A stretch of 64,000 nucleotides of DNA. It comes from Lama guanicoe. Lineage: Eukaryota. Below, one piece after another: positions 40,441 to 52,626 of this stretch. A program made the translations under genes and the position numbers. The notes below the pieces were generated by a model that saw nothing but the letters and a program-made list of their open reading frames with translations, searched no databases and was not told the origin of the DNA. The stretch is taken from the NCBI GenBank assembly GCA_013239625.1, contig MU054220.1, positions 3,411,374-3,475,373 of the forward strand, given 5' to 3'. Within the stretch, counting starts at the first letter, position 1. Each line of letters starts with the position of its first letter.

Positions 40441-40659
40441 GACGAGGAGGATACAAGGGCAAGACGTGAAGCCCCCATCAGAGCTGTAAGGCGGCCTGTC
40501 AGAGGCACCTGAGGGCATGGGCTGCGGCCTGTGCCCACCTCCGAGTCACACGCAGGCTTCCCGAAGGTGACTCCCACAGAGAGCGCTATGCCACCCTCCA
40601 CACTGCCCACCGCGCGCGTGCTCTTCCCTCCAACAACCATCTCATCCACACCAACTTAC

Positions 40660-41286
40660 CTGCGGGGTCTGAGAACTCTGGGAGCTCCAGCACCTGTGCT
40701 GGCAACGTGGGGGGCTCGGGAAGCGTGCCAGACTTAAGCATGTCTAGTTCAGCTTGGAGTTCCCGAACCTTCTTCTTTAGGCGGATACAGTTAGGGCAAA
40801 AGGAGGTGGTGGGAAGCTCGTGGGGGTCGGACGCAAGGGAAGCCTCGGCAGGACTGTCGGCCTTGAATGACGAAGGCTCCTCTTCTTCATCCTCTAATGG
40901 GCCTGCCTCCTTGGAAGCTCCTTGGGGGATCTTCCAGTCCCCCTCCCCCTGGGTCCGGCTGACATTCTGCACGCCATGTGCCATGGTCATTGCGCACTGA
41001 CTGTACGCGTCGTCCTGGTACTTGGGGACCTTCCTGATGACCAGCGAGGTGCTCAGTGCCAGCTGGTGGGCTTCCACCTTTGCAGATTCCAGGGAGGCCT
41101 CCAGCACATCCTTGAAAATGAGGTCAATCTTCTTCTTCTTGGCCTGGGGGTGCACGTCCCCCTCATCAAAGCCACGCTTGTAGGGACTTTTGCCCTGTCT
41201 CAACACGGGGAGATGATGGGGACCCCTCAGGTCTTCTGGGTTATCCAGACCCTGCTCAGACTTCTCCCTCTGCAACCTCTTCTCTC
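40660..41286 (-). CDS. PRDM11: PRDM11 penultimate exon (EKRLQREK...; NLS-like AKKKK; CPNC + coiled coil)
   Basis: ttcctag acceptor, G|gtaagt donor; 627 nt, phase 1 to 1. The frame also reads through to a stop at 40586. Confidence 0.93.
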
Positions 41287-44200
41287 CTAGGAAGGAAAAC
41301 CAGGGTGTGAGGAAGTGGGGAAAAGCCCCGAAGAGGAGAAATCAATAGAAAACATAGAGCTCTTGTGAGGAAGTCGCTTGACACATCCCTCTGGGTCTGG
41401 ACTTGCTGGGGGAGGTGTGGCCAAAAGGGAGGCGGATCACTCCATGGATCTCTAGGTCGAGAGTCAAAGGACCGGAAAAAGTGGGAAGAACTCTTTTAAA
41501 GAGACCATTTCAATGGAGCCGTATATATATGAGCTCTATGTTTGTAAGTTGGGAGAAGGCTCTGGGGAAGGGGAGTAGGAAGGTGAGAGACTTGCCATCC
41601 CGTCTTCCTAGAAGATGACATCCCACCTGATTAAGCCGGGCGGGATGGTAGCGTGTCTCAGCTAAGTGCGGGTGCAGTCCCCATCCCTCCAGGCTTCCCC
41701 TCCGGTCCCAGCAATTGGAAGAGGGCTGCTTCGACTTGGTAAAAGGTAACACAGAACACCGAGTCCCACTCCTTCCTGCTCCCTGTGAGCAAAGCCCGCC
41801 TTATGACAACTGTCCTGTCTAATTCTCCCACTGATGAGAAGCCTAGGAGGACGTGAGAAAGCCTGGCCTGAGCCTCTGTGGTTCTCCCTGAAAACTGAGG
41901 CAGGAAGAAAAGGGAGGATGGGCTCCAAGACGGCAGGGTCCAACAAGAGGAGGCACAAGGCGCCCACACCGACCCAGTGCATTCTCAAAATATAGCAGCT
42001 GTGTTTTCTTACCTGAAATTCCATTCTAAGGACATTTCCTTTTCTATTCCTTTCTGTCATGTAAATGACCTCAAAAATCTTGGTGAGCTCCCCCACAATA
42101 AATTACAGTAGCCGGATTTTTCAAAATGGCCAACACAGTTTCATAAATTGCCATAGCTGTGCGGATGCTGCCTGGGGGGGCACAGGTGCTAAGAGGGACC
42201 TAGGAGGTCCTGACAGCTGCCTGTGGAGCTAGAAACTCTCGGAGGCTCCCTAGACCAGGGGTGGGGCCCTGGGAGACAGGACTCTGAGCCATGACTCGAC
42301 CTGAACACATGTTGTAATTAGGCTTCTGGGAGTGGCATTTGCTAAAGGCCTCTGAGTGAAGCTCAAGGGTTCTCCATGTGCATCCAGATGTTCCATGCTG
42401 TGACCAGGCCTTGGCATCCTGCTACAGCTGGCACGGGGCGCAGTGCCCCGGCCTGTGTATGGCTCCAGGTTTCCCACAGGTGACAGCACAGAAGGGAGCA
42501 ACCTAGTCAGGATGCGCCTCTTCCGTCCTCCCATCAGTGTTTAAGGAACGACCTTCTCTCCAAGACTCCTGAAACTCAGGCAGCCCCCTGCAGCCTCATT
42601 TCTATAACAACTGAGGGGCAGAAAGGGTAGAGATGAAGAGAACTTTTAAAGAATGCAACATGTTCATATTACAGATCAAACACATGCCCACTAGAATCTC
42701 TGCAAGTCAAGGGCCACCCTCTCACTTTCTCACGGACCAATCAGGCAGCAAACAGCTAAGGATGTTGGGGGGTCAAGGCTACGCAGCACCGGATTCCTCA
42801 TGCCTTCCTGCTTGAGGGCAAGGTTAATCAAATTTCTTAGGATGAGCAGGAGACCTCTTTGGGCTCTAGGCTCCCAGAAAGATCTATGGGTCAGAAAAGA
42901 CCTTTAAGCATTACGAAACTGATTCTAAAGCCTCATGAAACATGGGGAAAACACACGTAGTAAATCAATGACCCAAACTAGACAAATAAAATATACATTC
43001 TTTGAATACATGCATTAGATGCATTCTATTCTTAAAAGATAACCACAAGGAATAATTTATACTCTTCAGGAAGCAGTTCTGGGCTCCAACTAACAGCCCT
43101 ACTTAATAAAAACTAATAATTCATGCTCTGGCCTTGATCAGGGCTCCAGCCTCTAGTTACGAGGAAGCCCTCTTCCATGTAAGACTTTAAGTGATCCCCC
43201 CTCCAGAGCAGGACTGGCACACAGATCTAAGACATCACTGGCCATACCCAGAGTCTACAGGTCCAAAGCCACAGGCTAGGGAGACACACCTAAAGGCCAC
43301 TCAGCTCCACGACTGCTCCCAAGAGCTTTTGGACCCAGCCCACCCACTTCTCTGGTCTTGCCCCGCGGTGGCTTTCAGCTTCATTTTTGTTTCTTACTTC
43401 TCAACCTGGAGGAAAGAATAGCCACTCTTTCCTCCTGCATCTTCACATGTCTTGGGTTATCTCATTTCAAGTCTGTCTGCCATGGTCCTTTGAACCATTC
43501 CTGAAAGCTCATGCCCTTCTCTGAGGATTCCCCTTGGGTCTCAGGGCTTTCTGAGGATGATGCAGCTTGAGGTGCTTTGGAGAAGACACTGGGGAGAAAA
43601 GGACATTACAAATCCAGAAGAATTCAAGAAGATTATGGCCAAAGGATGGAACCTGTGTCCTTAAATATGACTTCTCTTGGTTTTCTCTTCTTCTGGTGAC
43701 ATGATTCTTTTGGAGACTTTGTGGTGGTCTTCATTCATTTCTTCTTTTATCCATTCAGCAAAGGTGTACTGAGCCCCTACCATGTATCAGACTCTTTTAT
43801 ACAAAGCATCTCCAGAGGTCAAATGGAAACCATTGCAGTCACATCATAGAAACAGGCCTTCCCGAGTGTAATTGGCATGTATATGCCCAACCCCCAGCTC
43901 CAAACAAGGCAAGAGATGAGTGTATCTATTGGGTCTCCTTTTACTGCCCATCCAATCACCAGATACCTTTTACCAAGTCAGGCAGCAGCTGTGCACTCAA
44001 TGTCCACAATTTGCTTCGTTCTGCTTTGGTTTTAAACATAGCTTAATTTCAACAGGTCACTCCTACCCCCTTTTTATCTTTTCCACTCATATTCCAAATG
44101 AAGCTTTGTTTCCAATAAGTAGCTTGGTCAGGAACTTGATATAGTCGGGGGTCCTTGGTTCCCAGGACCAGATGGACTCTGGGTCTTTGGATGTGTGGTT

Positions 44201-44499
44201 TTAGTACAAGGAAGGTCCCACTGGACTCCTCAATTTGCCCTGGCATGGCTGAGGATGGAGCAAAAAGGCAAAGGGCTGGGAGCTGGGGACTATTTTAAAC
44301 CACTTTCAAATGACTCATTTAAATAGAGCCTGGATGGACACCTACTCACCAGGCCACCACCCATGTATAAGGTTACCTTCCCCCCTCCCTCCAACCTTCT
44401 TCTAATGGCGATTGTTCTTTCTCAGCATATCATTAGGACTGATAGGAATGAGACCACGAGGAAGCAGGGAAGAAACTAGTTTTGCCCAGGAGGCCATCT

Positions 44500-44850
44500 A
44501 ACACTGCAGGTTAGAGCTTAGACGCCAGACTCAGACAGATGTAGGTTGGGAACCTGGCTCTGCTCCTGCTAGCCATGTGATTCCAGGTGAGTCACTGTAC
44601 TTCTCTGCAGGTTCTGCATTGTTAGATGGGCATAATAATCCATACGATATCATTCATAGTAAGAGGTTGCAACTGAGGGCTTACAATGGTCAAGGCAGAC
44701 ATTGTTTGAAATGTGTAATGCATATTACCCATCTAATTCTCACCGCACATTTACGGGGCAGGTATGCCTGTGATGATTACATGGGACCATGGGACACCCT
44801 AGAAAAACTGCTTAACACAAATTAAGTACTTAGTAAATGTCACCTATTCT
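44500..44850. mobile_element. MIR fragments (nested, opposite orientations)
   Basis: ggttagagctt...cagacagatgtaggttgggaacctggctctgctc...catgtgattccaggtgagtcactg; aagtacttagtaaatgt. Confidence 0.55.
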
Positions 44851-45206
44851 TGAAACAGTGGCAGTTTATGACATCCTTCCATCAGTTGGAGTTGGAGGAA
44901 CAATTTATTTTGATTAAACTTATCAGCTTGGCTTTGGGGACATGTCTCTCTCCGTGATCCTCTGAAATGTCTCTAATAGGGCTTCTGACTGTTTCCAAGG
45001 AAGGAGAGCACAGCAGGTGGCCACGGCCGGGCCCAGAGCTGCTGCTCAGACCTAGACCATCAGTTCCCCTAGTCCCTCTGGGTCTCTCTGTGGCGGGTGT
45101 ACTGTATTTTCCATCGGTTTTCCTAGGAAGCTCCTAGAGAAGCACTTCTGGCCTCCCCTGGGGCTCGGCGGCGGGCATGGCCCTCACCTGGAGTGTGGGC
45201 ACTCAC

Positions 45207-45394
45207 CTCTGGCCAGGTTGCGGTGGATGGTTTCCTGGGACATGCTGTGCAGGCGCTTCATGTAGTCCTCACTGTACCAGACCCGCAGCCGCTCCCCGGG
45301 CCGGATGTCCCGGCACACCCGGAAGTAGATGCGCTCGCTGTGCTGGAAGGCTAGCAGGTTCTGCTCCCTCTCCTCCCGGGAGATGACCACGTAC
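45207..45394 (-). CDS. PRDM11: PRDM11 exon, C-terminal half of the PR/SET domain ([25 protein letters not shown]...GERLRVWY...)
   Basis: PR motifs EQNLxAxQ, IYFR, GxxLxVWY; cccag acceptor in phase 2, G|gtgagt donor; 188 nt. Confidence 0.96.
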
Positions 45395-45989
45395 CTGGGG
45401 ATGAGGGGGACAGGTGAGAATGCATGGGCCACTCTTTGGTGAGTGCCTGCCGGTGCCAGGCGCTGGGCTGGGCAGGTGCCGGTGGCTACAAGTCCACGAG
45501 TGTGTGGGCATCTGCAAAAGTCTATAAAGCAGCTGACCTGCTGAAGAAAGGAATACTGGCTAGAGCCAGTCCTTTGTCTTACTGTTCTGTGTGATTTCAG
45601 GTAAGCCTCTGAACCTCTAAGAACCACTGTTTCCTGAGACTGGCAAGGATGCCTGCCCTGCCTACCTCCTAGGTTGTGGTAAACACAAGATTCAACACCA
45701 GACATACAGGTGATTGGAAAACTGAACTCATCTCATCTATTCTTCACTAATTTTTAACCGTAGGTCTTCCTAGACATCCGCAGGCCCCTGATGGTGGTAA
45801 GGGTGAGATCCTTGAACTGTTTCTAGTAAGTCACAAAGCCTAGCAGAAATAACTGCCATGACAAGGGTGCCCATGAGATCAATTAATAAATGCTAGATAT
45901 CAAAATCTTTAAAAACAGGGGGTCCAGGAGGGACAAGGGAGGTACGTACATAAGAGGCAAGTTAAAGTTAGCAACCAGACATTAACCTA

Positions 45990-46110
45990 AGTCATTTTAA
46001 GGTAAAGAAACTGAGGCTCAGAGAGGCTAAGTGACTTGCCTAAGGTCACACAGCTAACAAACAGGAGAAGGAGAACTGAGGTCTATGATTCCCCACTAGA
46101 ACTCATGGCT
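45990..46110 (-). mobile_element. MIR SINE core
   Basis: aagaaactgaggctcagagaggctaagtgacttgcctaaggtcacacagcta. Confidence 0.8.
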
Positions 46111-46719
46111 CCTATGTGGGCATGCAAAGCACCAATTAGCAATGCCCAGATAACCTTAAAGTTCTGTTAAGCACTAAGAATCTACAGCCCTCACCCATTC
46201 TCCCAGAAATGACATTTCTAACACCCAACCTGCCACCTCACTCACCTCCAAAAGGTGAGATGACACAACATCTGTAGAGAAGTGAAGTTACAGATCAAAT
46301 GGGCAAGAGGAAATTATTGGGAGTTTTAGGGTTCTGTGTTCTGCCTAGGAAATGTGTAGTCAAAAACACAGACTTTTTTCTTATGCTATGATTTGTCTAA
46401 AAAGTCAGGGAAGAAATCAAAGTCTGTCCGACTGGCACAGCCCAAAGAATTATACTTGGAGCAGTCCAGAGGGAAACGCTAATTCACAGGAAAAAATCCG
46501 AACAGATAATGAACAAATGAAGGTATTCGGCATGACTAATAAGAAAAGAAGCGCAAAGTAGAACATTGTCTTGTTGGCACAGATGATTTGTTTTTTAATG
46601 AGGAGTTCTGTATTGGTAAAAGGTGGCGAGAATAGGGTCTCCCACACTAACAGTGGAGAATAAACTGGCACAACTCTATAGGAAACAAATTGGCAATACG
46701 TCCAGACTCGAACAAGTAT

Positions 46720-47205
46720 TTGTCCATTTACGTTCACAGAAGTATTATTCACAATAGTCATAAGATGGAAGCAACCCAAGTGTCCACTGATGAATGAATG
46801 GATAAAAAAGATGTGGTATACACCCAATGGAATATTAGTCAGCCATAAAAAAGAAGAAAATTCTGACCCAAGCTACAACATGAAGGATCCTTGAAGACAC
46901 ATGCTAAGTGAAATAAGCCATTCACAAAACAACAAATACTACATGATTCCACTTATATGAGGAGTCAAATTCACAGAGACAGAAAGTAGAAGGGTGTGCT
47001 GCCAGGAGCTGGGCAAAGGGGAAACAGGGAGTTAGTGTTAAATAGGGACAGACTTTCTGTTGGGGAAAATGAAAGGAGCTCTGGAGATGGATGGTGATGG
47101 TTGCCCACCAATGTGAATGTACTTAATACCACTGAACTGTAGGCTTGAAAATGGTTAAGATGCTATATTTTATGTTAACGTGAATTTTTCCAAAATTTTT
47201 TTAAA
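46720..47205 (+). mobile_element. L1 (L1MB-like) 3' end, flanked by older L1 fragments (~46600-47620)
   Basis: gaagcaacccaagtgtccactgatgaatgaatggataaa...atggaatatt...ctggagatggatggtgatggttgc...aaaatggttaag. Confidence 0.85.
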
Positions 47206-50200
47206 GAACGAAATGCTAATATGCAGATCAACAATGCAAACTCTGCATGCCACCATGCTGACTGTTCCACTATTTATAATAGAGCAAAAGCATTTAAACA
47301 TCTAATGCTAGAGAAGATTTAATAAACCAGAGTGTATTTGTACAATGGGGTGTTGCTCATCTACAGAAAAATGTTTCCAAAGAATCTTTAATGACATGGA
47401 AAAATGGTCCTGATACAATGCAAAGTGAGAACAGTAAGACCGAAAGCTATTTATATTATGGTTCTAATCATGTTTCTAAAACAAGCCTGGGTAAACCACT
47501 TGAAGGAAATATACCAGTGTTTTAACAGTGATTATCCATTATAGATGGATCTACTTCTTTGTAATTTTCTGTTCTTTCCAAGTCTTCCTTAATAAGCAAT
47601 AACTACTGTTATTCATTCTCCCCTACTCTCTAAAAAAAGAGACAAGACATACACAAACACCAATTCCAGTACAGGGTGGCAGTAGTGGCAGTCATGGCGG
47701 CCAGCAGCACTGGGAATCTACATTTGTGGTACCCCAGGCATAGCATCCCTTACACACAATCTCAGCCCTCCAACTGCAGGACTCTGCCTTTTCTTCATAT
47801 GCCAGATTTCTTCTGAATGTGCAAACAACTTTCCAGTCCCCAATTTAACAAGAGACTGGGATTTGACATCCAAAATTAATCAACCTTGTGGTTAGCACAG
47901 AACAGAACTGAGGTGGATCCACACTTTCTTACTCTCAGATACAGAAAGCAAATCATCCACTCATTTTTTTTTCCCCCAGCAAGATTCACTTGAATCACAG
48001 TGTATAAGGAAAGAAGAATACAGTCTTCTCTTTTTTCAGTTTCTAAACCGTCAGGTTCTAAAAGCTAGAATTATTTTCTCTGGCACTCAACTTTAAGAGG
48101 AAAAGGTAGATGAGGAACATGTAACTATCAGGGATTCATTCAAAAGAGCAACTTGCAGAATACACCACAAGGTTTAGAAAGATTCAAGTCAATTTCACTT
48201 TCCATCTCCTGGTGTTTTCCTAGACAACAAGAATCAGTATTTAGGAAGAGAACCCCAAATCTTCATATGGATCACAAAGTACCTTCAAAGGTCAAAATTT
48301 GTTCAGCATCTGGTTGTATTTGGTTGTTCTGAAAGTTGGTATTTGAAATATGATATATATGGCAACTCTCAATAAATCATAGCAGCCTGTTCCCCTGAAA
48401 AGATGTTTACGCTATATAATTGTTGAGGTAAAGCTAAATGGAGCCAGCTAAGTTCCAACATCAATTACTCCTAATCGGACCTCCCTCTTTTAAGTACTTT
48501 GCAGTAACACCCAATGGCTTGATCCACTGCCAGAATCCTTCTGTCCCCACACAACAATCCTCGTATGAAGAACCATGCCTGTCCCATTACACAGCTGTAG
48601 GTGAGTAAGAGTCTTTCCTGGAACAAAATGTTTCCAGGGAGTGAAAATCTTTCCATCTGTTGAGTTTCCAGGTCACTACCTCACAGGAGAGAAGGCACAG
48701 GGTATGTCAGAGGGCAGTGGAAAATGCCCAGCACAGGCTGACCTGCAAACGCCAGTGCTCATTTGATAGCATTTCAAATTAGACCCGCAGAGTTGGGAAC
48801 CTCTGAAGCAATCAAGGGGTGGGTAGAAGTGATGGTGGTGGAGTGGTTCTGGACTGAAACTTTTATGATGATAATGGATTGTTTTTATTCCAAACTCTTC
48901 ATTGACTTGGGGTACTGGATAGATAAGCACTAAGACAACACTTTTCAGACCTCGCACACTGTGTCTTATCAAGCGTACCATATTTTCTAGCTGGGTCAGG
49001 AAACGACTATCAGTTCCAACACAAGAGGAAATAACCCATGGGGCACCCATTCTGTTGGAGGGGAGAGACGAAGGCCAGGCTCAGACACTCCTGCTCAGTG
49101 GCTGTGGCTCCGATGGAAAGGAAGTTGCCCCAGTCATTGAGGGAAAAGACTGACCAAGAAGAGGCTGAGTTCTACATTCTCACATGCATTTGAGCTGGCT
49201 CTGAGCTGGGAGGGTCTTTGGGTCATGCAATCACCCATTAGGTGGTCACTCAGACTCTTAAGAGAATGCCATCCAGCCAGCTCTTGGCATGGCTGGAGGC
49301 CTCGGACTCTTAGGAGAGACGTCCCCATCTTAAGCTGAAATTGGCTACCCATTCATTTCCACTCACTGGCCCCAGTTTCACCTGCCTGTTTTGACATGCT
49401 AGCCCCCGCAATCCCCACTAGAGTCAAGAAAAAGAAACTGAAATCTGTTCCATCTGAAGTTGACAAGACTCTTCATCTCTCTGTCCCCTTTGCTTCCAAC
49501 TTGGCCCCATCCCTCCCCAGGACCAGAGGGAGAGGCCAGCCAGTCACTGTTTAGTACCTTGATCTTGGTGGGAAAGACCCCAGGCCCGGTTTCACAGCAT
49601 CTTTGCATCTTTGCGTGAGATCGGATTATCTTGATTTCCATGACCATGCTTTTTGGCCCAAAATGGCAGAGGATGACCTGGATTCCAAGAGACCAAGGCA
49701 GGCTGGAATCTTGCAGAAAGTGGATGGATTCCTGGTCAGGACCTGAGTATTTCCTGCCTGGAAGAACCGCTCCCTGTGACTGGAAGTAAGCCAGGGCAAT
49801 GATTGGGTTGGGGCCGGGGTTGGGGGGGAGGTAGTCCCTTTCCTGATGAGGACACTCCCAAGGGGAGACAGAGGAAGCCCCTTCAATTACTTTGAGAAGC
49901 CTCAGATCTAGGTGGGCAGGGTCTTACCTGTGACAGTCAGCTACCCAGATCAGTGGGAAGGTGACCAAAAAAATTTAATGTCTTAGGGTGGCTGGTTCCT
50001 GAGGTACACTGGCAAACAGACAGCCCCTGACCCTTTGGGTATCTCCTGCCAGAAATGTCGAGTTTTTCCAGGATCCCTAACATAATTTTAGGGAACAAAA
50101 GGTAAGATTCATTGAGCAACATCTCACTTCTGACATGCAGAGAAATTAAATACAGCTGAACAATTTTAAGTGGGGATGCTCTGTCTCCCTCAGCCCATCA

Positions 50201-50434
50201 GTTCCTCTCCTTTTGTCTAAGGGCGAGAATGCTGCTGATACAGGGCATCTGAGAGCTTATGAGATCCGGGAAATGCCAGGGGCACTGGAGCCCCTCTTGC
50301 CAGCACACTTTTCCTTGGGCATCTAACCCCTGCTCTGGGGGCCTTGAGGTTTTCACAGGAAGCGAAGAAAGAGAATACACACCAAAGAAAGATCCTGGAG
50401 ACCGGGTGTGTTCCAAGTGTGAGATCAATTTCTT

Positions 50435-50440
50435 TTTATT
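50435..50440 (-). terminator. Candidate poly(A) signal for the Myb/SANT transcript
   Basis: AATAAA on - about 1.6 kb after the TAA, with a GT/T-rich downstream element (ggtgtgtattctctttc, ~50367-50383). Confidence 0.6.
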
Positions 50441-52060
50441 GCCATCTTAACAAAATACTTGGGAAGGCAATCTTTGATTCCAGCATCAGAAGGCAGGGCA
50501 ATGCCAGGCAATAGTCAAGCCATCGGGCTGTTGGACAGGGGAGTGTTCAGTTTGGGGGAGCAGGAACCCCTGAAGAACCACAGAATGGGGAGAAGGAGCC
50601 AAGGACACAGGGACATGGCAGTCGCCCTCCATTCTCCCTACACAGGGCAAAGCTTGGGCTGGGGTTAGAAGCAGCACTCCAGGAGCGGCCACGGCAGGCA
50701 CTGGGCATAGCAGTCCTCCCAGCCCCAGCTATGGCTCTCGGGGGGCAGGTGTGAAAGGGTGGGGGGGTCAGAGGATGAGAGTTTCTGCCAGGGTCAGCCT
50801 CAGGCCAGGGAGCAAAGAGGACACAGAGCTAAGCTGCACCCACATCAGAGCTAAGCCTTTATCTGCCACCCGCCACCTCCCTCCCTTACTCTAAGAACCC
50901 GGCTCCCTCCCCACACTCCAGAACCAAACCTGAAGCCTCGAGACATTTGTAGCCAATGCATATGCAGCCCAAGCAAGCAGAGGCAAGGCATGCTGGGACC
51001 TGGAACAGGACAGGAGCCCTGCTGGACTCTGGGTTCTTTTAGAAGCCAGAGGAGGGGACACCTTCTGAATCCTGAGACTCGGGTCCTGCTTCTCTCCAGC
51101 CACTGGCTGTCAGTGTTAGTGCCAGGGTGTTGCTGAGGGGATGCACTCACCTCGTAAATGCTGCTGTTGCCTCCCACTCACACCGGGGAGAGCTGGGCAG
51201 GGGCAGGCAAGGAGCAACACCCGCCCCGCTCCCCACCCCGCAAGTCCAGATCTAGCCTCTGATGGGGAGCTGGAAAAATCCACAGACCTGGCTTCCAGTC
51301 CTGGCCCCCTCAACTGACTGCTGCTTCATTTGTCATCTATGAAATGCAGATGATGATGGTAATAATGATGATACTAATACCGGACTTGGCTGCCTCTCCG
51401 GCTGTGCTGAGGACCCACTGAGATCACACATCTGCGAGTGCAGGGAGAAGCATAAAGTGCTCTTAGAACGCCAGGTAGCCACCCCCTTCCTCCAACGCCA
51501 CCCCATTCTTCTCCCTGCTCCACAAAAGGCAAGCACTGCAGCTGAGCACTGTTGAGCACACGCGCACGCGCGGGCAAGCGGAGGGCCAAGGCGGGGGCAC
51601 CACCCCCTGGGGCTCAGAGGGTAGGACAGACCCCTCCTGGAAGGGCCGAGCTCTGCTTGGCCAACCTCAGGCCTCACCCCCTTTGATAGCAGCAGAATCA
51701 GGGTCTGGGAGGCTGATGCAGCAGCCCTGAGGATGGAAAGCTGGATTCCGTTCAGATGCTCCCCACTCTTAAATACCCTCTTCCCTGCAAGGCCAGCTGC
51801 CATGGGGTGCAGACCAAGAGGAGGCTGACCATCCAGGCCAAGCAAGCATCAAGCAGGTAGCTCTTCCTGCATCTTGAGCACCTGCCAAAGATGAGGGAGT
51901 AGGGCTGAATACGTGCTCTGTTAGAGCCCTGGACAGCCGACCTGTACTTGGTGAGGAGGTGACCGTCCCCCCAATTCCCTGCAAGGGTCATCGATCTTGG
52001 ACACAAGAGACTGGCCCCTGTCTCAATCCATCTCTCTTCCTCCAGTGCAGACTGGCTGGC

Positions 52061-52626
52061 TTAGAAATTGTGCTTTCTCTTCCGAGACCTGGTAGTCCGT
52101 GCGGGGGCTGGCGCTGGGGGAGCCTCCGGGGGCTCGGCTGGGGAGGCCTCGGCCGGACGGGTAGAGCCCGTGGGGGCTGCTCCATCTGGCCCCCGCTGAG
52201 ATGCCTGAACCCCATCCCGGATCTCTGACAGCGTCTGGCACATCTGGCTGACGCGGCTGGTCAGCTCAGCCACGGCCTGGCCGATGACGTGCATGCTGTT
52301 TGCCATGTCCCGGTGCACGGTCACCAGCTCCTGGCAGAACTGCTGAAACACCTCAGTCTGCTGGGCGTGGGCGTGGAGGAGCTGCCAGTCAAGGCCCGTG
52401 CTGGGCGGGCTGGCGTGAGGCCGAGGGGTCCTGCAGGCGGCCTGGGCCTGGGGCGAGGGCCGGGGCAGGGCCTCGGGCTTGGGGCCCACTGTCTCAGACT
52501 GGTCGGAGGAGGAGGAGGAGCGGAGCAGGGTGGGCCTGGCCAGGCAGACCTCTTCCTCCGGCGATTGCTGCAGGGGCACCCGCAGTGGCTGCCTCGAGGG
52601 CCCGGGCATCTCCTCATCTTCATCAT
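52061..52626 (-). CDS. Terminal coding exon of the Myb/SANT product (acidic patch, Pro/Ser linker, coiled coil, C-terminal RKRKH)
   Basis: cttctttgtttttaatcctccaag acceptor; T+AT gives Tyr, in frame with the 55732 donor; 187 further open codons to TAA at 52061-52063; CpG-rich, coding-like composition. Confidence 0.78.
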
